A stretch of DNA of 63,127 nucleotides, the filler included, from Squatina squatina (lineage: Eukaryota), in NCBI GenBank assembly GCA_031763465.1. It is 3 parts of 3 records of this genome, joined end to end, with 100 filler letters (N's around TTAATTAATTAA, not from the genome) between each part and the next. Parts side by side here need not be neighbours in the genome. Positions count along the whole stretch, not along the records: positions 28,997 to 50,653 come from JARFOE010000001.1; 2 more parts are not named here. One strand, 5' to 3'. Positions 36,564 through 49,320 of this stretch are shown here, one piece after another; position 1 is the first letter of the stretch, and each line of letters begins with the position of its first letter. Made by a program: the position numbers and the translations under genes. Below the pieces are notes generated by a model. It saw nothing but the letters and a program-made list of their open reading frames with translations, had not been told where the DNA came from and searched no databases.

Positions 36564-39500
36564 NNNNNNNNNNNNNNNNNNNNNNNNNNNNNNNNNNNNN
36601 NNNNNNNNNNNNNNNNNNNNNNNNNNNNNNNNNNNNNNNNNNNNNNNNNNNNNNNNNNNNNNNNNNNNNNNNNNNNNNNNNNNNNNNNNNNNNNNNNNNN
36701 NNNNNNNNNNNNNNNNNNNNNNNNNNNNNNNNNNNNNNNNNNNNNNNNNNNNNNNNNNNNNNNNNNNNNNNNNNNNNNNNNNNNNNNNNNNNNNNNNNNN
36801 NNNNNNNNNNNNNNNNNNNNNNNNNNNNNNNNNNNNNNNNNNNNNNNNNNNNNNNNNNNNNNNNNNNNNNNNNNNNNNNNNNNNNNNNNNNNNNNNNNNN
36901 NNNNNNNNNNNNNNNNNNNNNNNNNNNNNNNNNNNNNNNNNNNNNNNNNNNNNNNNNNNNNNNNNNNNNNNNNNNNNNNNNNNNNNNNNNNNNNNNNNNN
37001 NNNNNNNNNNNNNNNNNNNNNNNNNNNNNNNNNNNNNNNNNNNNNNNNNNNNNNNNNNNNNNNNNNNNNNNNNNNNNNNNNNNNNNNNNNNNNNNNNNNN
37101 NNNNNNNNNNNNNNNNNNNNNNNNNNNNNNNNNNNNNNNNNNNNNNNNNNNNNNNNNNNNNNNNNNNNNNNNNNNNNNNNNNNNNNNNNNNNNNNNNNNN
37201 NNNNNNNNNNNNNNNNNNNNNNNNNNNNNNNNNNNNNNNNNNNNNNNNNNNNNNNNNNNNNNNNNNNNNNNNNNNNNNNNNNNNNNNNNNNNNNNNNNNN
37301 NNNNNNNNNNNNNNNNNNNNNNNNNNNNNNNNNNNNNNNNNNNNNNNNNNNNNNNNNNNNNNNNNNNNNNNNNNNNNNNNNNNNNNNNNNNNNNNNNNNN
37401 NNNNNNNNNNNNNNNNNNNNNNNNNNNNNNNAAAATCAATGGGTTAAGGCCATCACTAAAATAGTGGAGAGAGGCATGTCATGCAAACACAATAAATCTG
37501 CTCATATAGCTGACAGTCATCTAACCTATTATCCTTTCTGTATTTTTGGAGATGTATGTAGTAAATACTTTTATGTGAGCAGTGAATGCTGCTGTCATAT
37601 TGCATGAGTGTATTCTGTGCACTCAGCTGGTTATGAATGTCCTGTCGGACTGTTTAAAGCCACTCACCAACAGAGTGCAAAACTGATGCCAATTGAGCAG
37701 TCCTGTGCCAGGTTTGAGACCTAAAGAAGGCAGATCTTGAAAGTGCTCTGAAAATAGTTTTTGAATATCTATATCTAGATTGTTCTATGTTGGGCAACCC
37801 TACTGCACACTTACTGCCGATTACAACTTGAGACCACTGGCAGTAATGTGACGCGTATTGTGATTATGGCTATTCTGTGTGCTCCGTGTAATATTAAACA
37901 TAACTTTAACAGATTAGTGCAAGTTCACTTAAACACTAATTAAGATAATTATGAGGGAGGTAGGTTTATTTGAATAAGCAAGACTACANNNNNNNNNNNN
38001 GGATGGGGGCACAAAAGTTGTGCTATTTATGTCAAATTGTAAGCAGGATTTATTGCTCCATTTCCACCAGTACTTGCTCACATATATCTTATTGACTATT
38101 TCCCCCAGTACGAATCTGCTACCAATCAAAGGGTCACACTGTTTTCCATTGTTGATACAGTTTAAGTACTTTGAACAATGGATGATCTTTGATAGAGAAC
38201 AATTTTAATTCATGATATGATAAAGTAGGTTTGAATTGGCACCCACAGTCTATCCATATTTTAATATTATAAAAACAGTACAAGTGTGCACATTTCCTGT
38301 CCCTCTGGCACTATGCTGCCTGTCTTACACTCTGGCAATTCATTTAAAAAAAAAGTTACAAGGAACATCTGCCATCAAAAAACCCCAGAAATTAAGCCAA
38401 TCAAATTGCTCAAAACCACACCATCTATGATTTTTCTACAATTGAAATATATACTCCTAAATATAACCTTTATAACATAATAAATGAAAAATTAGATATT
38501 TCACAACAACCTGATTAGGTTTCCTTATAGAATTCACTTTTCAAATCTTTAAACGCCTTCATTACTGTTTTTATAGGAAGCTGTTCCTGGGTGAGCAGCC
38601 TGGGTTGTGGTAAAGATGCGGTGATGCAGCCATTTGTTGTTAGCTTTGTGATATGTTTTTCCCCCTTTGCAATTGCCTATTGCACACACATGGCCACTTA
38701 CTGCCTGACCTTCCCTGCCTGGTCCTCTTCATCCCATTGTTCCTCTCCACACTTCCCCAAACATATCATTTACTCACCCCCAGCGAGACCCAGCTCAACA
38801 TCCCTGCCACCTTAATTAAAAGAAATCTCTAGGATAGAATCATGGATGGCTAGAAATTCGGTAGGTTCGTGCATCCTGTCCGTGCCTGGCGGGGGCGCTA
38901 ATGGGGCGCTAAAGGGTTAGCACCTGGGNNNNNNNNNNNNNNNNNNNNNNNNNNNNNNNNNNNNNNNNNNNNNNNNNNNNNNNNNNNNNNNNNNNNNNNN
39001 NNNNNNNNNNNNNNNNNNNNNNNNNNNNACATCCTCTCTGCACCTACCCTGTCGAGCCCTGTAAGAATTTTGTATGTTTCTTTGATATATATTCAAAAAT
39101 ATATATATTTTCCAAATATGATAAGTATATATATATAAAAGAAAGAAAGACTGATTACTTACTTACTTATTTGCATTTATATAGCACCTTGCATGACCAC
39201 CGGACATGTAATGTGGGACAGAGAGCCTGCTGCACTCATCCCCCAACCACCCTTGTTTTTGTAAGGACTTCAGTTCTCATTTTTTACTCTCTTATTTCTT
39301 TTTCCAGACCGACATTTTATTTACTTGTTAAAGCTATTTTTAAAAAAAACTTTACTTTGTAAAACACTGTTAACTTTGAAAGTTAAATTTTATATGAAGT
39401 ATCCACTAGTTATCAGACATTAAAACATTGCTATTAGTAATTCGGGTTGTGGAACACTCAGCCATCATGTAGAATGTTCCAGAATACATTTAATTGTGCG

Positions 39501-39713
39501 TTGCAGAGTCCGCCAGGAGACGTGTGCTCATGAAATATAAAGAATATCTTATACCTGCAGTACTCATGAGTTATAGGCCTTTCACAAACATGAAAGGCCT
39601 GCCATAAATCACCANNNNNNNNNNNNNNNNNNNNNNNNNNNNNNNNNNNNNNNNNNNNNNNNNNNNNNNNNNNNNNNNNNNNNNNNNNNNNNNNNNNNNN
39701 NNNNNNNNNNNNN

Positions 39714-39895
39714 NCAAATTTGTGGAGATGTGCTGCATAGCTTCACTGTCCTGAGGAACCAGTCCTTACCATCATCTAGGCAGCAAGACTTGGGGGAGGA
39801 GGAGAAGGAGAAAGAGCAGCACATAGAGGAGGAAGAGCCCTCTAGCTGCCAGAGCTCTCAAGAGAGCAACTCATCCGAGAGTGCTTCACCTGAAC
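39714..39895 (+). pseudogene. Harbinger transposase C-terminal remnant
   Basis: KFVEMCC / HSFTVLRNQSLP, Glu-rich tract, then EQLIRECFT* (frameshifted); same architecture as 13330-13570. Confidence 0.65.
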
Positions 39896-40329
39896 CGTCC
39901 TTCACACCCCAATGTACAGCAGTGCCACAATCCTTATCACCACCATCCTTACTGCCCTTCCTTTAGCCTTGTGGGTTTTGCCCTCATTCCACTACAAATA
40001 TGAATACCAAGACCAAATCCAGAAAACAGAAACAGGTATGTTGGGTCAGGTGAGATGTTAAGGGAGTTATTTTGGTCAAAGGATGAAAACAGGCACTAAA
40101 TGGGCGCAGTGCTAATAAGACACACCTGTTTGAAAGTCTGGAATTAATACACATTTTTGGTCCTAATTGCTGATTACCATAATTTGAACTTTCCTGCAGG
40201 TGCTAAATCAGAAACCTGCAAGTTTAGCACTCAAGTGCTGATTAGGCACAATCCTTGTGGATCACTATGTGTGAGCTCCTCACACCCACTTCCACTGAAG
40301 GTACTCTGGCTGGCATACAGCCCCACATT

Positions 40330-40460
40330 GCAGGATGGCTCAGGGACCAAGGTAGGGGGTGCACAGGATGCAGCACTGGAGGTCCTGCTGGAGGAGATTC
40401 AGAGGAAGAGGGAAATCCTGTATCCGGAGCAGCGGGGAAGAACGCCACCTCGTTCTCCTG
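40330..40460 (+). pseudogene. Myb/SANT-like domain N-terminal remnant (Harbinger accessory ORF)
   Basis: DAALEVLLEEIQRKREILYPEQRGRTPP, homologous to the peptide starting at 23414. Confidence 0.6.
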
Positions 40461-41281
40461 TCCCTCTCTCCCCCAGCAGCTGTTGCTGCTCTGCCCGGCC
40501 TTATGTCCTCCTGCCATTCATCATCCAGACTAGGAGGGACCCCTAGTAAGATGCCCATGATCAAGCACTCCCTTTCCCGTGGTGCTTCCTATAAGGCATT
40601 CAATAAGGTGGAGTAGCACAGCACTTACTCTATTTAGCTGAAGCCCTCAGAGTATTTCCAGAATAAATGTTGCTCAAATGTTGGTGAAGTCTTGACAAAG
40701 TGTCCCAGAAAGTCTCCTGATGTGTTTCAGAAGTCCTCTTCACATCTCCAGCAGCAATGATGAGTATGAAATGATGAGTATCCCTTTAAGTGGTGAGTAT
40801 CCCTTTAGGTAGCGCTTGAAATCTCTCGAAGGTTTTCACTAGCAGCTTTGGAGAAAACCCGTCCCCGCCCCACTATACAGAACCTAAAACCCAATTAACT
40901 TTTGTTCATGTGTTGGAATATATGTGGCATGGTAGCACAAAAATGAACAGGCAACAAAATATGTACCATTGTTAATTGCTGCCTCAGAATATGATGACTT
41001 GTAGATAGATCAGTACATCAAGGCCATATTTTATAATGCACATTCATTAAACGTCTCGTTGGAAAGATTTTGGAAAGACTAAACTGAAAGGGTTACTAAG
41101 TGCTACAACTAGGGAATCATGCTGTACCAAAGAAGCTTTGATGTGATTTGAAACCCTGAAGTTGATGCTAATGTTTTCTGGCTGTTGGTGCCAGACTGCT
41201 GGATATTATTGTGGCTGGAAAATATGCTTCAATATCACTGACACCTCAGACTGTTACATTTTCCAGATGTGTTTTAGTCAA

Positions 41282-41512
41282 AAGAACATAAGAAATAGGA
41301 GCAGGAGTCGGCCATTCGGCCCTTCGAGGCTGCTCCACCATTTAATGAGACCATGGCTGACCTTCTGCCTCAACGCCATTTTCCTGCACTATCCCCATAT
41401 CCCTTGATGCCTTTAATATCTAGAAATCTATCGATCTCTGTATTGAATATACTCAATGACTGAGCCTCCACAGCCCTCTGGGGTAGGTAGAGAATTCCAA
41501 AGATTCACCACC
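41282..41512 (-). mobile_element. CR1 3' end
   Basis: aagaacataagaaataggagcaggagtcggccattcggccc…agagaattccaaagattcacc. Confidence 0.85.
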
Positions 41513-42639
41513 CGCTGAATTTCCAGCATCTTCTGTTTTTATTATACAAATCATACAGTTAGCACTCTGTGCTCTGAAATAGAAATTAATTTCAAATTAT
41601 GGTTAAAAAAAATATATAGTTTAGAAATGGCTAAGTGGCAAAGGAGTGATTTGCCAAATTGGAAACACCTCAAACAACACATTGCACAAGGAAATGGTGA
41701 GAAGATTGGAGCTGCAATTAACAGATCAAATGAAATATGAAAAATGGTTGGCAATTGAACAAAAGAACGTGGCCTCAGAAATAAAGCACAATTCGAAATG
41801 TAAGTATGCGGAGGCAGCATTAATCATGTACTTCAGCAGTGTCAGAATCCATCATTCGTCTGTTTATAATAAAATAATGAACAGAAAAGCAAAAAACGTT
41901 TACTGACGACTTGAGGATTAATGCTTCAAATACTCACATTCACAACTGGAAGAAATGGAATAGAAGTCAATTAACAGTGATCACAAAGAAAATCAGTAAA
42001 GCTGAATGGAAAATAAAGTAAAGTAGGAAGTTCTGGCTGACTGTTCACCTGAAAATATACCCAAAGTGGAGAAAACTTTGATTTTCTTTTCCTATTTAAA
42101 GCAAGTATGATTTTATATTAATTTCCACTACAGAATGTGTGGGCAAATGTATTTTGTACANNNNNNNNNNNNNNNNNNNNNNNNNNNNNNNNNNNNNNNN
42201 NNNNNNNNNNNNNNNNNNNNNNNNNNNNNNNNNNNNNNNNNNNNNNNNNNNNNNNNNNNNNNNNNNNNNNNNNNNNNNNNNNNNNNNNNNNNNNNNNNNN
42301 NNNNNNNNNNNNNNNNNNNNNNNNNNNNNNNNNNNNNNNNNNNNNNNNNNNNNNNNNNNNNNNNNNNNNNNNNNNNNNNNNNNNNNNNNNNNNNNNNNNN
42401 NNNNNNNNNNNNNNNNNNNNNNNNNNNNNNNNNNNNNNNNNNNNNNNNNNNNNNNNNNNNNNNNNNNNNNNNNNNNNNNNNNNNNNNNNNNNNNNNNNNN
42501 NNNNNNNNNNNNNNNNNNNNNNNNNNNNNNNNNNNNNNNNNNNNNNNNNNNNNNNNNNNNNNNNNNNNNNNNNNNNNNNNNNNNNNNNNNNNNNNNNNNN
42601 NNNNNNNNNNNNNNNNNNNNNNNNNNNNNNNNNNNNNNN

Positions 42640-43080
42640 TGAATTCCAGATCCTAACTACTCGCTACGCCTTTGATTCTTCTGCCAATCACCTTAAATCT
42701 GTGTCCAATGGGAACAGTTTCTCTCGATCTACTCTGTCCAGATCCCTCATGATTTTGAACACCTCTATCAAATCTCCTCTCAACCTTCTCTGCTCTAAGG
42801 AGAACAGTATGAAAACAAATCTGAAAATTAACCACCTTAACACCTCTCGACCTTCTCTTTTCTAGTGAGAACATGCCCAATTTACATATTCGTTCTTCAT
42901 AACACAATCTCTACATCCTTATACTCAGTCTGGTACCTCTTTTCTGTATCCCTTCAATAACTGCAATGTCCTTACTGTACTGTGGCGACCAGAACCTGAC
43001 ATAATATTCTAAATGACTGGACCAATGATTGATAAAGTGGCAGAATGGCCTTACTATTTGGTTTCAATATTTGCCTTTTA
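42640..43080 (-). mobile_element. CR1 ORF2 C-terminal fragments
   Basis: YEERICKLGMFSLEKRRSRG and KAILPLYQSLVQS motifs. Confidence 0.75.
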
Positions 43081-43083
43081 ATA

Positions 43084-44400
43084 CATAGGATTACATAAGA
43101 TATACAGCACAGAAACAGGCCATTCGGCCCAACCAGCTTATGCCGGTGTTTATGCTCCACTCAATCCTCCTCCTGTCTTTCCTCATCTAACCCTATCAGT
43201 ATAACCCACTATTCCCCCCTCCCTCAAATGCTTATCTAACCACCCTTTAAATTCATCTATACTATTCGCTTCAACCACTCCCTGTGGTAGCGAGGACCAC
43301 ATTCTCACCACTCTCTGGGGTAAAGAAATTTCTTCTAAATTCCTTATTTGACTTCTTGGTGTCTATCTTATATTGATGGCATCTAATTATGCTCTTCCCC
43401 ACAAGTGGAAACATTCTCTCTGTATCCACTCTATCACAACCTTTCATGATTTTAAAGACCTCTATTCGGTCACCCCTCAGTCTTCTCTTCAGCAAAAAGA
43501 GACCCAGCCTGTTCAGCCTATCCTGACAGGTCTACCCTTGCATCATCCTTGTAAATCATCTGTGCACCCTCTCTACTATCTCTATATTCTTTTTATAATA
43601 TGGCAACCAGAATTGCACACAGTGCTCCAAGTGTGGTATAACCAAGGTCCGATACAGGTTTAGCATAACTTCACTAGTTTTCAATTCTATCCTTCTAGAA
43701 ATAAATCCTACTGCTTGGTTTGCTTTTTTCTGGCCTAGTTAACCTGTGTCGCAACTTTTAGTGATTTGTGTATTTGTACTGCTAGATCCCTTTTTCCTCT
43801 AACCCATTTTGATTCTTATTTTCCAAGTAATATGTGAGCTCCCTATTTTTCTTACCAAAATGTAATACCTCACATTTATGAGTTAAATTTCATTTGCCAA
43901 TTATATACCCAATCTGCTTCTACCCAAGTTTATTAATGTCTTCTTGTAATTTGTTAGTCCTCCTCAGTGTTGGTGTCGTCCGTAAATTTAGAAATTGTGT
44001 TTTTGATTCCAAAGTGTAAATCGTCAGTATAAATTGTGAATAACAGTGGTCCCAGCACTGGTCCTTGTGGAACACCACTTCCCAACTTCTGCCACTCTGA
44101 ATAGCTATCCTGTACCCCTACTCTCGACTTTCTGTCTTGAAGCCAGCTAGTTATACATTCTGCTGAAGCCAGCTATCTATACGTTCTGCTACTTGTCCCC
44201 TGATTTCACATTCCCTGACCTTATTCATTAGTCTATTATGTGGTACCTTATCAAAGGCCTTTTAAAAAATCTAGATAAATTACATTTACTGAATTACCCT
44301 TTTCTACTCTCTCTTTTACCTCTTCAAAAAATTCAATTAGGTTGGTCAAGCAAGACTTTCTATTTTGAAATCTATGTTGATAATTCATTATTATATTTTT
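43084..44400 (-). mobile_element. CR1 LINE, ~1.3 kb 5'-truncated, with decayed reverse transcriptase
   Basis: QHRFQNRKSCLTNLIEFFEEV…VIYLDF, AFDKVPH, GVPQGPVLGPLLFTIY, KFTDDT and RRLRGDRIEVFKIMKG motifs, plus 3' tail. Confidence 0.92.
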
Positions 44401-46859
44401 CGGGGCCCCAGTTGGACTGGCCCGAAACGGGCCGCAGTATTCGGGGATGCGCTGCACTGGCAGCGAGGGTCAGGTGACTGGCCATGGTGACGCTGTCACT
44501 GTTCCGGATCAGCGTAACGTGGCAACGCTAAACAAGCGTTACCACAGCACTGACCCGGCCAATGCCGCTTACTGCCGGGTTGCACCAGGGACATCCCTGA
44601 CAAGGATATTTCCCCTGTACTGCCCAGAACGACTTATGAGCAACAGTAGCCATGACTTCAGGTTAGCCTTTGAGATGACCTGAAGCTATCTTAACCTGGC
44701 AAACCTTGCTATAGGCTGGGAACTTAGAGTTAAGCATCGGGATGTGTGAAAAGTTTATAGTGGTAAAAGTTACAAAAATCACACTACCAGTATGCACAGG
44801 GAGTGGGATTTCATAAACTTAACCCCATAAATATAACTGGAGGCTCTTATGACTGACTGTGTAGTGTAACCTTGACTAAATCCTATTCTTGGCTGCTCCA
44901 ATATAATAAGAGTGCTGAAAACTGACAGATGACTCTACTGATAAATATGTTCAAAATTGTTCCTATTGTTTTCAGAAGAAGAGCTCTACCTTATCTAATT
45001 AATTGTACATTCAGGTGGTTTACTCATAAACATGCTCTTGTGCCAAGTGTTCTGAATTGGGTGCTGATGCATGAGGAAAAAATTTCAACTTACAACATTG
45101 CAATTTTTTTCTCCACAGGAGCAGCGACATTGTGTCTTCCTGTTGCTAGTCTGGTGACTTCATTGCCAAGTTCTTGACTATAACCGGATCCAGATGGGAC
45201 GTACTATTGAAAACATTTGATTGCAAAATACTGTCCTCGTAATGGGCCTATATTTTTCAACCCAGATTCTTGATAATGCATTTCATCTGGGACTGTGTTT
45301 AACTGGAGAAGCCTTCCCACAGGCTTTTTCAAAGTAGTTTCGAATAAATTACACATTGAGTTAAATGCACAATAAAAACAGATCAGAGTATTATTCGATC
45401 TAGNNNNNNNNNNNNNNNNNNNNNNNNNNNNNNNNNNNNNNNNNNNNNNNNNNNNNNNNNNNNNNNNNNNNNNNNNNNNNNNNNNNNNNNNNNNNNNNNN
45501 NNNCATGATAATTAGTAACGTAAACTTGTATAATGGTGGCATAATTTGCACTCTATGGGAATGTGAGTTTTCCAAGAAGCAGTCTGCCAAGGGTAGGTTT
45601 CTCTTGACTTGCAGCAGTCTGTGAAGTTCTCAGCTGCTTTTCTCCTACATTACTTCCATGAATAATGTTTAGATCTTCAACACGACTGCGAGGATTTAAC
45701 AAAATGAGCACAAAGGGGTTTTTTGTTCCACTTTCAGCTTCACTAGTTTTGAATGAAAGAATAGAATAAAGATGGGGGAGAGTCTGCTAATTCCTACCCA
45801 TCTCTGTAAATCTTTATAGTACAGACACAACAAAATATTTTAATGAGCTATACATGTGTATTAATTTGCAATTCAAATTACCTTTATTTTACTCTTGAAA
45901 GAAGTTTGTTGTTGAGACACATGGGTTCATGCCAGCTCAAGCAGGCTTCTGGATCCTAATTTACTAATCATTAAACTAAATATCATCATGGTTAAAATCT
46001 TAGTGACTAACTTATTCTTGTCAATTAATCTGTCAAACTACCTTCTGAAAATGAAAGGAGAAGGGAGACATGGCAATACTAAAGACAACAAGAAATGGTG
46101 GAGCATTTACAAGAGATTCAATAAGCATGCTTTAGATTTGTGTAACATGTGCAANNNNNNNNNNNNNNNNNNNNNNNNNNNNNNNNNNNNNNNNNNNNNN
46201 NNNNNNNNNNNNNNNNNNNNNNNNNNNNNNNNNNNNNNNNNNNNNNNNNNNNNNAAATGTGGGACCCTTAACGCTAAAGTTTGCACGTGTTTGAACGCTC
46301 AAATTGTAAAGTAGCTAACTGGGGGCTTCACTGAAAATTTTCTAAGAGTCCCATTTCCAGCGCTAAATTCGGCTCTTAGTGCTAGATACGCCCAAAACAC
46401 AAATTGGCTGCCCTAATTACTGTTGCCCCTTGGTTTAAATTACTTAGCACCTCCTTTCCCCTCTGCATTGAATTCCTACTCTCACCAAGCTCCCATTGCC
46501 ACTCTGTTTAGCAGATACTTCCAGCTCTGTGCACACAGTACAGCAATAGTTGGAGATAGAGAAAATTGATTTTTGTGGCACCTCTCTGGTGAATATTGCT
46601 CCTTAAATTAAACACAGCTTTATCCCNNNNNNNNNNTCCCGCAGAGTTGTGAGTTTGTTTCTGTGTATGCTTTCAATTTTTGGGAGTTGAATGATGGCTG
46701 GGCTAATGGAGACTTATGTCTTGTGAAGGAATTTGGCAGAAGTCTTGGTCAGTGAAGGACATTGTGAAGGTATGAGGTGCAGAACAGGCAGGTGTGAAAT
46801 GACTTTCTTTTGGTGAGTTAACTTTTATTTATTGTAAGTACCGGGGTATAATTTGAGCT

Positions 46860-47419
46860 CTCCTTGCTCTGCCAGCTGGCCACTAGCTGCTGATTTCTGG
46901 GTCTCTTTCTCCACTTCCTCTCCTTCCTGCACACCCTCTTTGTGCTGTCAGGTTGCAGGTGCTTCCTCTTCATAGTTATCATCATCATCGCCTTCAGATT
47001 TCTGAAGCCTTTCTTCATGACAATCTTACGACGCATGCAACATACCACAATAATCCTGGAGACTCTGGCTGGGCTCTATTGCAGGTCTCCACCAGATTTA
47101 TCCAGGGACTTGTAACAAGACATTCAAATTCCTATAGTCTGCTCAGTGATACTTCTTGTGGTTGTATGGGCCTCATTATATGAGTTCTCCCCATCTGTCT
47201 GTGAAAGCCTCACTGGAGTCATCAGCAATGAGTGGGCGTGATAGCCCTGGTTACTGAGTTACTACAAGTATACATGGGCTTGAGTCATGAGGGTTCGAAT
47301 GCCAGATTGTCACAAGATGAAAGACTCACGACAGCTCCCTGGTTATCTGATATTGACACATAGAATCGGGTGCTGAGCATCACACACTAGGTGCACATTG
47401 ATGGACTGGATGCTCTTTC
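46860..47419 (-). pseudogene. Harbinger/HARBI1-like DDE transposase pseudogene (catalytic C-terminal half)
   Basis: KSIQSINVHLVCDAQHPILCVNIR*PGSCRESFIL*QS … NQGYHAHSLLMTPVR…YNEAHTTTRSITEQTIGI*…LDKSGGDLQ*SPARVSRIIVVCCM; collinear with HARBI1 motifs, with several stop codons. Confidence 0.9.
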
Positions 47420-48213
47420 NNNNNNNNNNNNNNNNNNNNNNNNNNNNNNNNNNNNNNNNNNNNNNNNNNNNNNNNNNNNNNNNNNNNNNNNNNNNNNNNN
47501 NNNNNNNNNNNNNNNNNNNCCTAGTCCTGCTCCTATTTTCTATGTTTTTTCTATGTTTCTCATCCAGTTGAGATTGTGGAAAAGAGCAATGGGATGAAGT
47601 GGACTCAAGGACATTTGAACAAGGCTAGCAATAAGAAGTGGCAAGTGAAATAATCCAATTGCTCCACAGACCTCGGACAATATTTGAAGAATCTCATATT
47701 TAAGACTTGCTTTCTGGCAAAAAGATATACTAAGGACAAATAATACTATAGAAAGATGCCAGGTTTCTGTTTGCACTATATAGTTGAGAATATCCCAAGT
47801 GGAACATCTGTATAATTGAGCTCATCCATAATGGATAGAAAATATATGTATATATAAAGAGACTCTTCCAAGCTTGCAAACATCTGGAATACATCATAGA
47901 ATGAAAGTTTTACAAATAATTTAGACATTATGCAGAGTTACTGGTTACAATATTGTAATAAATATACACCCATCTTTTAATGGGACTGTGATACAAGACA
48001 GCAAATTACCACATGATGATCACNNNNNNNNNNNNNNNNNNNNNNNNNNNNNNNNNNNNNNNNNNNNNNNNNNNNNNNNNNNNNNNNNNNNNNNNNNNNN
48101 NNNNNNNNNNNNNNNNNNNNNNNTCTTCGATATCTGTACCTAAACAATTATCCTCACCAAGTCAACTTTTATGAGGATCAGCTCTTTTCATTTTTTAGTT
48201 GCTATTTAATCTG

Positions 48214-48460
48214 ACTAGCTATCAGTAAAAGAGACCATGAAGCTGTCGGATTGTTGTAAAAACCCAACTGATTCATTAATGTCCTTCAGAGAATGAAACC
48301 AGCTCTTCTTACCCGACCTGGCCAACGCGTGTCCCAAACAAAAGTGGCTGATTCTTTCCTGCTCTCTGAAGTGACCTAGCAAGTTGTATCAAACCTCAGG
48401 GCAACAAAGGATGGGCAGTAAATGCCATTGATGCCCACAACCCACGAATGAATAATATTA
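48214..48460 (+). mobile_element. SINE body sharing the GGGCA(A/G)TAAATGC LINE tail
   Basis: The tail cagggcaacaaaggatgggcagtaaatgcc…gatgcccacaacccacgaatgaat matches the LINE tails at ~50915-50985 and 7902-7975, but the upstream body differs. Confidence 0.65.
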
Positions 48461-49029
48461 TTTAAAAATTCAAATTGGGCAGGTCGTGGTTTGCCAGTGA
48501 GCAGTAGAGTTTTTAAAAAATAAATTGTCCACCTATTGCCCATTTTTCAGCGTGACCAGGGCAATAAGCAGATGACAATCGCGCTGCAGAATCATAATAA
48601 AAGCTCTGTCGCTAAGTGTCTCCATGGTCACTTTTCTATCATTGCAGGCCTGCCAGTGGGCTAAGGCAAAACAGCCCTTCACAACACCCTGCATTCTCTG
48701 GTGAGTGGGTTTTATGTATTGATGCTGGGTGGAGCTGGAATGACTGAGGCGACACAGCATTTGGAACAACTCGCTGTATTGAGTAACAAACTCTCCAGCA
48801 CTAGACTAAGACTATGTCTAGGCTGGGAACTATACACTTGGTTTACATCCACTAGCCCTGCTCTGAGCTCCAGGCAGGAACCCCCCGCTCATCTGAACTC
48901 AGGTGAGAACTAGGGGTCACTGGTGAAAGAGAGGCGGGCTTACAGAGATCATCTTTCTTTATACTCCCACATTGGAGTTGCCATAGTTGTACAAAGCAAA
49001 GTCAAAACTTTATTCCGAATACATAACAT

Positions 49030-49320
49030 CGGGTCAATAGCTAGAGATCATAGAGTGAAAAATCTTTGGAAAAAGAGGGGAAATGAGGAAAAAATGTTCA
49101 CTCCGAGAGTTGTCGGGATCTGGAACGTTCTACCTGAAAAGGTGGTGGAAGCTAATTCCATAAATAATTTTAAAAGGGAGATGACTATAGGTTGAGGAAC
49201 TTACAGGTTGACAGACAAAAGCGGGGATATGGGATTAAGCACAACTGCTCTTTCAACGATCCAGCACATGCACAACGGGCCGAGGGGCCTCTCTCTGTGC
49301 TGCAGGTTTTTATGATTCTT
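49030..49320 (+). mobile_element. Decayed CR1 3' end
   Basis: FTPRVVGIWNVLPEKVVEANSINNFKRE plus tail ggcctctctctgtgctg. Confidence 0.85.

Noticed and set aside
36471-37464. Long ORFs of ~320 aa (also 42135-42865 and many X-containing ORFs)
   Set aside because: They consist almost entirely of N gaps.
46860-47419. Domesticated HARBI1 gene
   Set aside because: Several in-frame stops, decayed catalytic motifs and multiple related remnants nearby indicate a dead transposon copy.
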